The notes under the pieces: generated by a model | Seen by the model: only the letters and a program-made list of their open reading frames with translations | What the model was told of the DNA's origin: nothing | Databases searched by the model: none | In this document: piece after piece, positions 56,257 through 64,000 of the stretch | Layout of the letters: each line of letters starts with the position of its first letter | Numbering within the stretch: position 1 is the stretch's first letter | Position numbers and translations under genes: made by a program | From: Candidatus Eiseniibacteriota bacterium | GTDB taxonomy: Bacteria; Eisenbacteria; RBG-16-71-46; CAVPCR01 | Assembly (NCBI GenBank): GCA_963823555.1 | Contig: CAWGMA010000004.1 | Span: forward strand, 608,001 to 672,000 | DNA length: 64,000 nucleotides | Direction: 5' to 3'

Positions 56257-57357
56257 ATGAAGAAAGTGTTCTCGCTACTCCTGATCGTCTTTCTGCTCGC
56301 GCTGTTCGGCGGCACGGTCTACTTCCTGTGGGCCAAGTCCCACCGGCCGGATGTCGTCTACCAGACCGAGTCGCCGCGGATCGCGACCATCATCAAGAAG
56401 GCGGTGGCCACTGGATCGGTCGTGCCGCGGCAGGAGGTGGAGATCAAGCCGCGGGTGTCCGGCATCGTCGAGCAGATCGCCGTCGAGGAGGGACAGATCG
56501 TCAAGACGGGGGATCTCATCGCCAGGATCCGGCTGGTGCCCGACATGGTGAGCCTCAACAATGCGCGCAACCGGCTGGCCCGCGCCGAGATCACGATGGA
56601 GAGCGCGCGCAAGGACTACGAGCGCAACCAGGCGCTTCAAGCCGGGGAACTCCTCTCGCAGGCGTCCTTCCAGCAGTTCGAGCTGGCCTACGAGAGCGCG
56701 CAGGCCGAGCTCGATGCGGCCCGTGACAACCTCGACCTCATCGAGAAGGGCGTGTCGCGCGGCGGCGGCAGCACATCCAACACGCTCGTGCGCTCGACGA
56801 TCCCCGGCATGGTGCTCGAGGTGCCGGTCGAGGTCGGGCATTCGGTGATCGAGACCAACACCTTCAATGCCGGTACGACCATCGCCACGGTCGCTGACAT
56901 GGACGACATGATCTTCGAAGGGCGGGTCGATGAGTCCGAGGTCGGCAAGCTCGAGCCGGGGATGACCTTGCTCCTCACGATCGGTGCCATCGAGGATCGC
57001 CGGCTCGAGGCCACACTCGAGCACATCGCGCCCAAGGGCGTCGAGGAAGAGGGCGCCATCCAGTTCCAGATCCGCGCTGCGCTCAGGCAACAGTCGGGCG
57101 TCTTCGTGCGGGCCAATTACAGCGCCAACGCCGACATCGTGCTCGATCGCCGCGATGATGTGCTGGCGATCAACGAGAGCCTGCTCCAGTTCGAGGGAGA
57201 CAAGCCCTTCGTGGAGGTCGAGGTCGCGCCGCAGCAGTTCGAGCGCCGCGATGTCGAGGTCGGGCTTTCCGACGGCATCCAGATCGAGGTGGTCTCCGGG
57301 CTCGGGGAGAGCGACAAGATCAAGGGCCCGCCGGTGATGGCGGGTGGCGAGGGGTAA
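56257..57357 (+). CDS. MacA-like periplasmic adaptor (membrane fusion protein)
   Basis: N-terminal TM, ATGSV, VSGIVEQIAVEEGQIVKTGD, coiled-coil hairpin, VDESEVG, GLSDG. Confidence 0.93.
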   Translation: MKKVFSLLLIVFLLALFGGTVYFLWAKSHRPDVVYQTESPRIATIIKKAVATGSVVPRQEVEIKPRVSGIVEQIAVEEGQIVKTGDLIARIRLVPDMVSLNNARNRLARAEITMESARKDYERNQALQAGELLSQASFQQFELAYESAQAELDAARDNLDLIEKGVSRGGGSTSNTLVRSTIPGMVLEVPVEVGHSVIETNTFNAGTTIATVADMDDMIFEGRVDESEVGKLEPGMTLLLTIGAIEDRRLEATLEHIAPKGVEEEGAIQFQIRAALRQQSGVFVRANYSANADIVLDRRDDVLAINESLLQFEGDKPFVEVEVAPQQFERRDVEVGLSDGIQIEVVSGLGESDKIKGPPVMAGGEG

Positions 57358-57368
57358 GATAGAACTCG

Positions 57369-58568
57369 ATGAAGCCGCCGGCGATCCTCATGGGCCTCGT
57401 GATCGGGGCTGCCGTCGTCTGCTCGCATGCGGGGGGCGCCGATCCAGTCGTGCCCGGGTTCTCGGTCGAGCCCTATGCCGCGGCGGCGTGGCCCGCCTGG
57501 ATGTCCTTCGACCGGCAAGCCGGCGTGCTCTATACGGGCGTCGAGGCCGGCTCGCCGGTCAGGATCTGGCGCATCGCGGCGGGCGGCGCTCCGGTGGAGG
57601 AGTATGGCGCCGATCCCATCCTCGATCCGGACGCCGTGCTCCATGACGCCGCGGGATTCGTCGCCGATCCAGGGGCGGTCCTCGTTGGCGGGCGGAGCGG
57701 CGGGCTGCCGGAGATCTGGGCCATCCTTCCGGATCCGGCCCAGACGGTGGTGGGCGTGTTCGGACCATCGAACGAGTGGACCAACATCTCCGACATGGAG
57801 TTCGACAGCTCGGGCCGTCTCCTGTTCGGCGATGAGAACGGTACGACCGGGCGTGTGCTGGCGGCGGAGCCTGGACAGGCTCCAGCGGAGCTGTTTCCCG
57901 TCAACGGCAGGGTGGCGGCGCTCGAGGTGGATGCCGCGGACCGCATCTACACGAGCACCTTCGATGGCCGCGTGATGATCCATGCTGCTGACGGCAGCGT
58001 GGTCGCCGACCCGTTCCTCGAGGGCCTCGGTGATCGCATCCTGCCGATCGCGATCGGCAAGGGTGGCCCCTGGGGCACCGATCTCTACACCGTGAACCAG
58101 CACAGCGGGGAACTGATCCGGGCCGACATGACAGCCGACACGACGGTGGTCGGCGTCGGGTTCGACGGCTTCCTGGCCGATTTCGAGTTCGGTCCTGACG
58201 GCGCGCTCTATGTCTCGGATCTGCTCGGCACGATCTGGCGCATCGCCCCCGAGGCTTCAACCGCGATCGGGGGGCCGGATGGCGGCAGAGCCCAGCCCCG
58301 GCTCGTCATCTCGCATGCAAGCCCCGTGAGGCCGCCCACGGCCGTCACGTTCGGGCTGCCGAGAGCCGGGCGAGCGCTGCTCCGGGTCTATGACGTTCGC
58401 GGCAGGGCCGTGCGCACCCTGATCGATGGCGTGATCGGCGCCGGGGATCATGCTGCGCGCTGGGACGGGCGCGACAGCGCGGGGCATCCCGTTCCCGCCG
58501 GGATCTACTTCTATCGGCTCGAGGCCGGCTCGGAGATGCGTGCGAGTCGAGTCCTCTTGCTTCACTAG
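57369..58568 (+). CDS. Secreted beta-propeller-like protein with FlgD/T9SS-like C-terminal domain
   Basis: Signal peptide; FGPDGALYVSD blade motifs; tail VYDVRGRAV...WDGRD...AGIYFYRL. Confidence 0.8.
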   Translation: MKPPAILMGLVIGAAVVCSHAGGADPVVPGFSVEPYAAAAWPAWMSFDRQAGVLYTGVEAGSPVRIWRIAAGGAPVEEYGADPILDPDAVLHDAAGFVADPGAVLVGGRSGGLPEIWAILPDPAQTVVGVFGPSNEWTNISDMEFDSSGRLLFGDENGTTGRVLAAEPGQAPAELFPVNGRVAALEVDAADRIYTSTFDGRVMIHAADGSVVADPFLEGLGDRILPIAIGKGGPWGTDLYTVNQHSGELIRADMTADTTVVGVGFDGFLADFEFGPDGALYVSDLLGTIWRIAPEASTAIGGPDGGRAQPRLVISHASPVRPPTAVTFGLPRAGRALLRVYDVRGRAVRTLIDGVIGAGDHAARWDGRDSAGHPVPAGIYFYRLEAGSEMRASRVLLLH

Positions 58569-58598
58569 AAGCCGGTCCGCCCAGTGTGCGTGTGATGA

Positions 58599-59564
58599 TC
58601 ACCTGACCACGGGCGTGAGTCCCAGTTCCTCGAGGTACTTCTCGTCTCCAGGCTGGTTGAGTTTCCAGTACTCGAGCCGGGCTGAGCCGGTGAGCTCGCC
58701 CGTGTCCGCTCCCTCGAGCCCCGAGCGCGAGCTGCTCGGGCGGGCGGGTTGCCATGACCAGCGGATCACGCGGTGGGGATAGGCCTGCTCGATGTGGAAG
58801 CGTCCCTCGCGACCGTCGGCGGGACGGACCACATAGACATCGGTCTGGAACTCGCCCGCGGGCACGCGGACTTGTTCCGGTCGCTTGAGCCGCTCGATGG
58901 TGGCGGAGCTCCAGGCGATCTTCTGATGCGTCAGGCGGCGGTGGAAGGAACTCGCCAGGAAGGGGAACGAGCGTTTCTCACCGGCCTTCATGAAGGGGCC
59001 GCGCAGCCCGCGGAGGATGATGAAGAGATTGTCCTCGGTGACGCCGTCCCGGGGGATTTCGAGGGAAAGGGCCGAGGACTCATCCTCGAAGTAGCTGAAG
59101 AACTGCTCCGAGAGGCCCGAGTCGCGGAAGTGGAGCTCCTCGTACACCTGGCCGCACCATTCGGAGCTACTGAAGGCGATCTTGACCGGTCGAAAGTCCT
59201 GGCTCCGGGTGAAGAGAGAGATGATCGTGCGGTAGTCGTAGATTCCGGTCTGGAAGTCGCGGGCCAGGTTGAGCTTCATTGCTTCGAAGGTATCGGCGGG
59301 GTCCCTGGATGGATCATCCACCTTGACATGCTTGGCGGAGCTGAATGGTTCCGTGACGTAGATCAGCACGGCACGGCCGGGGCGGGTCTCTCCATATCGC
59401 TCGACCACCAGGCGGTAGCCGTCGAGCTCGGCCTTCCCGTCGTGCCAGTGGGCGCCAAAGTCCGGGTCGTTGTTGCCGGCCTTCGCCGCTGGCGCCATGG
59501 TCGCCGCGAGTGCGCAGGCGAGAAAGCCCCAGATCCAGCTCCGAATGATGGCCGATTCGCTCAT
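58599..59564 (-). CDS. Conserved-looking exported protein of unknown function
   Basis: GGGAGGA RBS, signal peptide, motifs WHDGKAEL, IYVTEPF, FQTGIYDY, SEWCGQVY. Confidence 0.75.
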   Translation of the reverse strand: MSESAIIRSWIWGFLACALAATMAPAAKAGNNDPDFGAHWHDGKAELDGYRLVVERYGETRPGRAVLIYVTEPFSSAKHVKVDDPSRDPADTFEAMKLNLARDFQTGIYDYRTIISLFTRSQDFRPVKIAFSSSEWCGQVYEELHFRDSGLSEQFFSYFEDESSALSLEIPRDGVTEDNLFIILRGLRGPFMKAGEKRSFPFLASSFHRRLTHQKIAWSSATIERLKRPEQVRVPAGEFQTDVYVVRPADGREGRFHIEQAYPHRVIRWSWQPARPSSSRSGLEGADTGELTGSARLEYWKLNQPGDEKYLEELGLTPVVR

Positions 59565-59799
59565 ACTGGCTGATCCTCCCTGCCGTGGCCTTACGGCGTG
59601 CATTCATCGGTGCAAGGTAATGTAGCAAATGGCTAGAGGCGACGCGAACTTCACGGTCTCCGGTGAGCGCCGCGACCCCGCGCTCGTGCGCCGCGCTGTT
59701 GCCCGCGCTTTCGCCGGCGACGAGGGAGCAGTGAGAGCGTTCGTCTCCGGTTCGTCTCCGGGCGCTCGCCGATCGTGTGACCCTTGTTCTTCCCTCCCT

Positions 59800-62175
59800 T
59801 CATGCCGCCAACTGCTTGGTAGCGAGGTGTCGGTGGGTACGACACCAGGTGTGCCAGCGGTCGATAGCGGCGCGGACTTGATGCTCCGAGGCGCGGCGGC
59901 CGTTGGTGTAGGAGACGAGGGCGTGGCCGGTGAGGGGGTGGATGCCGAGGCGGAAGGAGAGGGCCCAGGGGGCCCAGCCGCCGATCTCGATGGTGCCCTG
60001 GTGGAGGAGGGCGTGGTGGGCGCGGCAGAGGGTGACGAGGTTCCACCGGGCGTGAGGGCCGCCGCGGGAGCGGAACCAGAGGTGGTGGACCTCGAGGTGT
60101 TGCCGGGAGGTGCAGCCGGGCACGGCGCAGCGGTGGCGGTCGCGGCGGACGATGGGGTGGAGCCGGTGGTGTCGGCGCGCGGCGGGGGAGTCGTGCTCGA
60201 GGATGAAGTGGACGAGGAGGACCTCGAGGAAGGCCGAGTCGGGTGGGGAATCGGTGTGAGCGTGGGGCGCGAGGATCTGTCGGCAGCGGCGGAGGGCGCG
60301 GCGGAGGAGGGAGAGGACGTCGTGGGGAGCCCAGAAGCGGATGCGGGCGACGGGGCGGTCTGGGAGGAGGGGGAGAGCGTAGTCGAGGCCGCGGATGCGA
60401 GGCGGCTGGCGGCGGGAGAGGGGTGGCAGGGGCCAGCCGAGGGGCGGCGCGGCGGCGGTGAGCATGTCCGCCGCTGCCAACGCGTTCGTGATGGCAGGAG
60501 CGCGAGCGCGGCTGCGGCGATCTCGCGGCTCCGCTGCAAACGCGTTCGCGGCGGAGGTGTCGGCGACGCACTGGGCGTAGGTGCGCAAGATCGCGGGGTC
60601 GGCGCCGGGGAGCATGTAGAGGGCGGCGTGCTCGACGGTGCGCTCGATGTCGCGGGCGGAGAGCGCGCGGGCCCAGGCGACCCAGAGCGGCTCGGTGGAG
60701 GGGTGGACGACGCGGAGGAGGGAGCGGGTGGCGGTGTAGCCGAGGGAGCCGTCGAGATAGGCGCGGCGCAGCAGTCGGAAGCGGCGCAGGGCCCGAGAGA
60801 AGGCACTCAGGCTCTCGGCGTGGCGGCGGGTGAAGCCGAGGCGGTCCGCGCAGTACTGGTCGTAGGAGCGGGCGCCGAGGTGTTCCCAGGCGCGGGTGTG
60901 CTCGAGGCGGTCGAGGTGGCGGCCGAGCTCGAGGCGGAGCCGGCGCTTGCGGGTGATGAGCCGGGCGAGAACGGCGGCGAGCTCGAAGGGGTCGCCGGTG
61001 CTGCCGACTCGCTCCTCGGGGCCGAGAACCGGTGCGGGGGGCGCATGGGCTCCCGCGGCGGCGCGGGTGTCGGTCTCCGTGCTCTCTGACGGTGGGGACG
61101 CGCACGGCTGCGGCGCCCCGTCCCCCGGCGCGGGGAGGAAGGAGTAATCGAGACCGCTGGCGACGATGATGTCGAGGAGGCTCTGGCGGCGGGGCTTCTG
61201 GTTCATGAGCCGGCTGAGCGCAGCGACGCCCCGCTGGCGGCGGAACTCCGCTTCATGGCGCTGGGTGTCGGCGGGGTCCTCGTCGCCGACGCGGGCGAGG
61301 TAGTCGGCGGCGATCCACTCGGCGCACTGGTGGAGGGGAGCCTCGCGGCCGGCGGCCCTGCGCGCGGACTCGACGGCGACGGCCCACAGCTCGCTCGTGC
61401 GCGCGGGGACGGGCACCGACATCCAGTCGCCCTCCGCGGGAGCATCGGGGTCGAGGAGATTCAAGCCCGGGCGGAGCTGGGCCTCGAGGCTCGACGACGC
61501 CGCGACGACATGTGGCGCCGCGTCGCTCGGTGCGGTAACGGTGTTGTCGGCGGTTGCGCCGGCAGGGGCAGGGGTCGTGACCTGCGGGGCCTCCACCCGC
61601 CGCCGCTCGAGCTCGGCCCGCACCGCGGCCCCGAGCTCGGTGACCGAGCACCCGGCAGCCCGCTCGATCCACACCCGGCGCTCGGCGGGCGCGGACTCCG
61701 CACCGAGGACCCGCATGAGAGGCCCGACCTTGGAGGCGTGGAGGTGGCCCTGGGCCCATGCGCGCTCGAGCTCGGGCACCGCACCCAGGGCGCGCCCGAG
61801 CTTCAACAGCTGCCGTGCCTTGCCCTCCTTGAGACCGAGCTGATCGTAGGCGTAGTCGATGGCGCGCGCGTAGCCGAGAGGTCGAAACAGCTCCTGGTCC
61901 CAGACCCGGACCAGGCCGCGGGCGAGCTCGCGATCGAGAGCGAGGTGTGCCCCGGCGAGCGCGCGGGTGTCGCGATCGAGCTCGAAGGCGGCGCGGGTGA
62001 CGGCGGCGAGCGCGGCGGCGGTGACCGGCTGGCCGCGGGTCGTGGTGACCGGCCGGCCGCGGGCGCCGATTGACGCGCCATCGGGCGGGCGATCGAGTGC
62101 GCATGTCGCATTGCCTATCGGAGCGGTCATTGGGATCTCTCCGGCGAGTGCCATGTCCACCGCTCCTGAGATCAC
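59800..62175 (-). CDS. Large HNH endonuclease-domain protein (DUF222-like N-terminus)
   Basis: C-terminal RDRHRCAVPGC...LEVHHL...RSRGG...NLVTLCRAHH..LH; start codon uncertain. Confidence 0.85.
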   Translation of the reverse strand: MISGAVDMALAGEIPMTAPIGNATCALDRPPDGASIGARGRPVTTTRGQPVTAAALAAVTRAAFELDRDTRALAGAHLALDRELARGLVRVWDQELFRPLGYARAIDYAYDQLGLKEGKARQLLKLGRALGAVPELERAWAQGHLHASKVGPLMRVLGAESAPAERRVWIERAAGCSVTELGAAVRAELERRRVEAPQVTTPAPAGATADNTVTAPSDAAPHVVAASSSLEAQLRPGLNLLDPDAPAEGDWMSVPVPARTSELWAVAVESARRAAGREAPLHQCAEWIAADYLARVGDEDPADTQRHEAEFRRQRGVAALSRLMNQKPRRQSLLDIIVASGLDYSFLPAPGDGAPQPCASPPSESTETDTRAAAGAHAPPAPVLGPEERVGSTGDPFELAAVLARLITRKRRLRLELGRHLDRLEHTRAWEHLGARSYDQYCADRLGFTRRHAESLSAFSRALRRFRLLRRAYLDGSLGYTATRSLLRVVHPSTEPLWVAWARALSARDIERTVEHAALYMLPGADPAILRTYAQCVADTSAANAFAAEPRDRRSRARAPAITNALAAADMLTAAAPPLGWPLPPLSRRQPPRIRGLDYALPLLPDRPVARIRFWAPHDVLSLLRRALRRCRQILAPHAHTDSPPDSAFLEVLLVHFILEHDSPAARRHHRLHPIVRRDRHRCAVPGCTSRQHLEVHHLWFRSRGGPHARWNLVTLCRAHHALLHQGTIEIGGWAPWALSFRLGIHPLTGHALVSYTNGRRASEHQVRAAIDRWHTWCRTHRHLATKQLAA

Positions 62176-62325
62176 GATGCGTGCCAGTCGCAGCGCTCCC
62201 CTAACTGATGATCACTGCGTTCATCCCCCTCCTACCACCCGCCACACACCGACAACGCCGTTCACACAACCGGCAACCGCGTTGACGGTGGGTGCGATTG
62301 CGCGCTTCCCCCAGGAGCGGACGGC

Positions 62326-62461
62326 GCATTGAGAGAGCCGCATTGAGAAAGCCGCACTGAGAGAGCCGCATTGAGAAAGCCGCACTGAGAGAGCCGCATT
62401 GAGAGAGCCGCACTGAGAGAGCCGCAGCGAGAGAGCCGCAGAAAAGAAAGCCGCAGAGGCC
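62326..62461. repeat. 14-bp tandem repeat array GCAYTGAGARAGCC
   Basis: Seven conserved units at 62326-62423 plus three progressively degenerate units. Confidence 0.95.
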
Positions 62462-62535
62462 GCGAAGGTGAATGCCGAAGACGGCCAGGTGGCGTTCGCA
62501 GCAGGCTGTCGAAAAGGCAAACGACCCGCAGGCAG

Positions 62536-63264
62536 TCAGCTCTTGTTCCGAACGGTCGAGCGGCCGCCATCAACGCTCATGATCTGACCCGTGATCCAGT
62601 CGGCCTCCGGGGAGATCAGGAAGGCCGCCAACGCGGCGATATCCTGCGGCGCGCCGAGCCGCGGCAACGCGTGCAGCCCCGCGATGGCGGTGGCGATCTG
62701 CTCACTGGAGAGGATGCCCGCAGCGAGCGGAGTGCGGGTGAGGGAAGGGGCGATGGCGTTGACGCGCACCTTGGGAGCAAGCTCCGCGGCGAGTGACAGA
62801 GTCAGGCCGTTCACAGCGCCCTTTGCCATGCCCATGGTGGCGTGCATCGTGAAGCCCTGGAGTGCCGCAACGCTGGAGAGGAGCACGACGGAGGCAGTAC
62901 CATTGCAGGCCTTGAGAGCTGGCAGAGCCGCCTGGGTCGCCAGAGCTGCTCCGACCGCATTGACACGGAAGTCGTGGATGAAATCGGCTTCGGTAAGCCG
63001 CTGGAAGCTCCGCAGCGTGATCGTGCCCACGGCATACACGAGACCATGCAGCGGTCGCCCCACCTCCTCCGCCACCCGCGGGAAGAGAGCGGTATCGCAG
63101 ACATCGCCACCGGTGTACGTGGCGCCGAACTCGTCCGCAACCGCTGCCAGCTTGTCGGTGCTCCGCCCGACGAGATGGAGATCATAGCCGCGCCCGTGGA
63201 GTGCCCGTGCCGTGGCCGCCCCGATCCCGCCCGAACCGCCGTAGATGAGAACCTTGTCACCCAT
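62536..63264 (-). CDS. Short-chain dehydrogenase/reductase
   Basis: GGSGGIG, LSSVA, HATMGMAK, RVNAIAP, TGQIMSVDGG. Confidence 0.93.
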   Translation of the reverse strand: MGDKVLIYGGSGGIGAATARALHGRGYDLHLVGRSTDKLAAVADEFGATYTGGDVCDTALFPRVAEEVGRPLHGLVYAVGTITLRSFQRLTEADFIHDFRVNAVGAALATQAALPALKACNGTASVVLLSSVAALQGFTMHATMGMAKGAVNGLTLSLAAELAPKVRVNAIAPSLTRTPLAAGILSSEQIATAIAGLHALPRLGAPQDIAALAAFLISPEADWITGQIMSVDGGRSTVRNKS

Positions 63265-63297
63265 TTCTGCTCCTCCATATCGAGCCAGTCGATTTCG

Positions 63298-63999
63298 TCA
63301 GTGAACAACCCGCACCGCCACCACCACGCCCTCCCGCGCCGGTTGCAGGCGGACCACGACGTTCTGTGGTTCGTCGAGGCCCAGGAAGGCATCGGTGAAG
63401 AAGACGCCGAAGAAGTGGCCGATGGCCATGCCGGCGAGGACATCGGAGGGATAGTGCTGGTTGGCCTCGACGCGCGCCCAGGCGGTGGCGACCGAGAGCG
63501 TACCGAGCCCGATTCGCGTCGCTGCCGAGGCTGGCGCCGGCCACGCCAAGGCCTCGATGTTCTTCCTGGTCAGCGCATTGTAGTGCGTGGTCGACGCAGC
63601 ATGCGCGGAGGGAAAGCTCTCTCCGCCGCCGTTCGGGCGCGTGCGGTTGGTAGCGCGCTTGAGGCCGGCCACCGCCTCCCGTTGCAGGAAGCCGGAGGCT
63701 ATCTGGACACCGAAGCCGCGCGCCTTGTTCAGCACCCACTCGCCGGGTTCATCTCCGCTCGGGGTCGCCACGGCGGAGGCGATCCAGAGCGCCGCCGCGG
63801 CGCTCTTCAGGTGGTCGCTCATGCGGTCGGCGTTCCTCTGGGAGCCGAAGATCGGCGTGTTCTCCGCTGCCCACTCGACGACCTCCTGGTCCGCATCACC
63901 GATCTGGAAGGCGAGTGCCCCAGCGGCAGGGATCCAGGTCTCCGGCGCCAGGGCGGCGTTCTGCGCCGCGCGGCCTACGCACGCCCATCCTGGCGTCAG
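63298..63999 (-). CDS. PAP2 superfamily phosphatase (5' end lies outside the window)
   Basis: K...RTRP, FPSAH, RVEANQHYPSD; frame stays open to the window edge. Confidence 0.88.
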   Translation of the reverse strand: MTPGWACVGRAAQNAALAPETWIPAAGALAFQIGDADQEVVEWAAENTPIFGSQRNADRMSDHLKSAAAALWIASAVATPSGDEPGEWVLNKARGFGVQIASGFLQREAVAGLKRATNRTRPNGGGESFPSAHAASTTHYNALTRKNIEALAWPAPASAATRIGLGTLSVATAWARVEANQHYPSDVLAGMAIGHFFGVFFTDAFLGLDEPQNVVVRLQPAREGVVVAVRVVH

Positions 64000-64000
64000 G

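Noticed and set aside
58599..59564. Possible 'Maf/septum formation inhibitor' label that I recall for similar proteins
   Set aside because: No Maf motifs are visible and the protein has a signal peptide; left as unknown function.
62326..62461. Repeat array as CRISPR, or as the short ORFs with LSQCG repeats
   Set aside because: There are no spacers, the unit is only 14 bp and no cas genes are present; the ORFs are just translations of the repeat.
62500..62518. AGCAGGCTGTCGAAAAGGC, reminiscent of an IS terminal inverted repeat
   Set aside because: No partner repeat or transposase was found in the window, and the resemblance is from memory only.

Overview
GC-rich bacterial genomic window. Seven secreted proteins end in a T9SS/FlgD-Ig-like C-terminal domain, one ends in TWGGIKSIYR, and there is a PorV-like barrel; together these suggest an FCB-superphylum candidate lineage such as Eisenbacteria, Krumholzibacteriota or Latescibacterota (inference). 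In order: a CAP lipoprotein; a three-gene module (YIDPNTG micro-protein, kinase-like/methyltransferase fusion, membrane alkaline-phosphatase-fold enzyme); an ~18 kb divergent LacI-controlled locus predicted to use beta-1,2-glucan (GH1 and GH94 leftward; LacI, CBM9-like protein, TonB-dependent receptor, ~1100 aa unknown protein, PorV-like barrel, GH144 and a TWG-tail protein rightward, with no SusD); an FG-GAP protein; DoxX/anti-sigma/ECF sigma; a DEAD-box helicase; an epimerase and GT4; an Asp-box protein; a glgE-treS/mak-glgB-treZ-GH57-treY-hpf operon; a 1.6k-aa SGNH/FN3/DNRLRE/PKD protein with near-perfect 261-bp repeats; a MacAB-like ABC exporter; a large HNH protein preceded by a 14-bp tandem array; an SDR; and a partial PAP2. 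Frameshifts cluster in patches and most likely reflect assembly errors. No rRNA, tRNA or CRISPR array was seen. All calls come from motif recognition by eye; no database searches were run.
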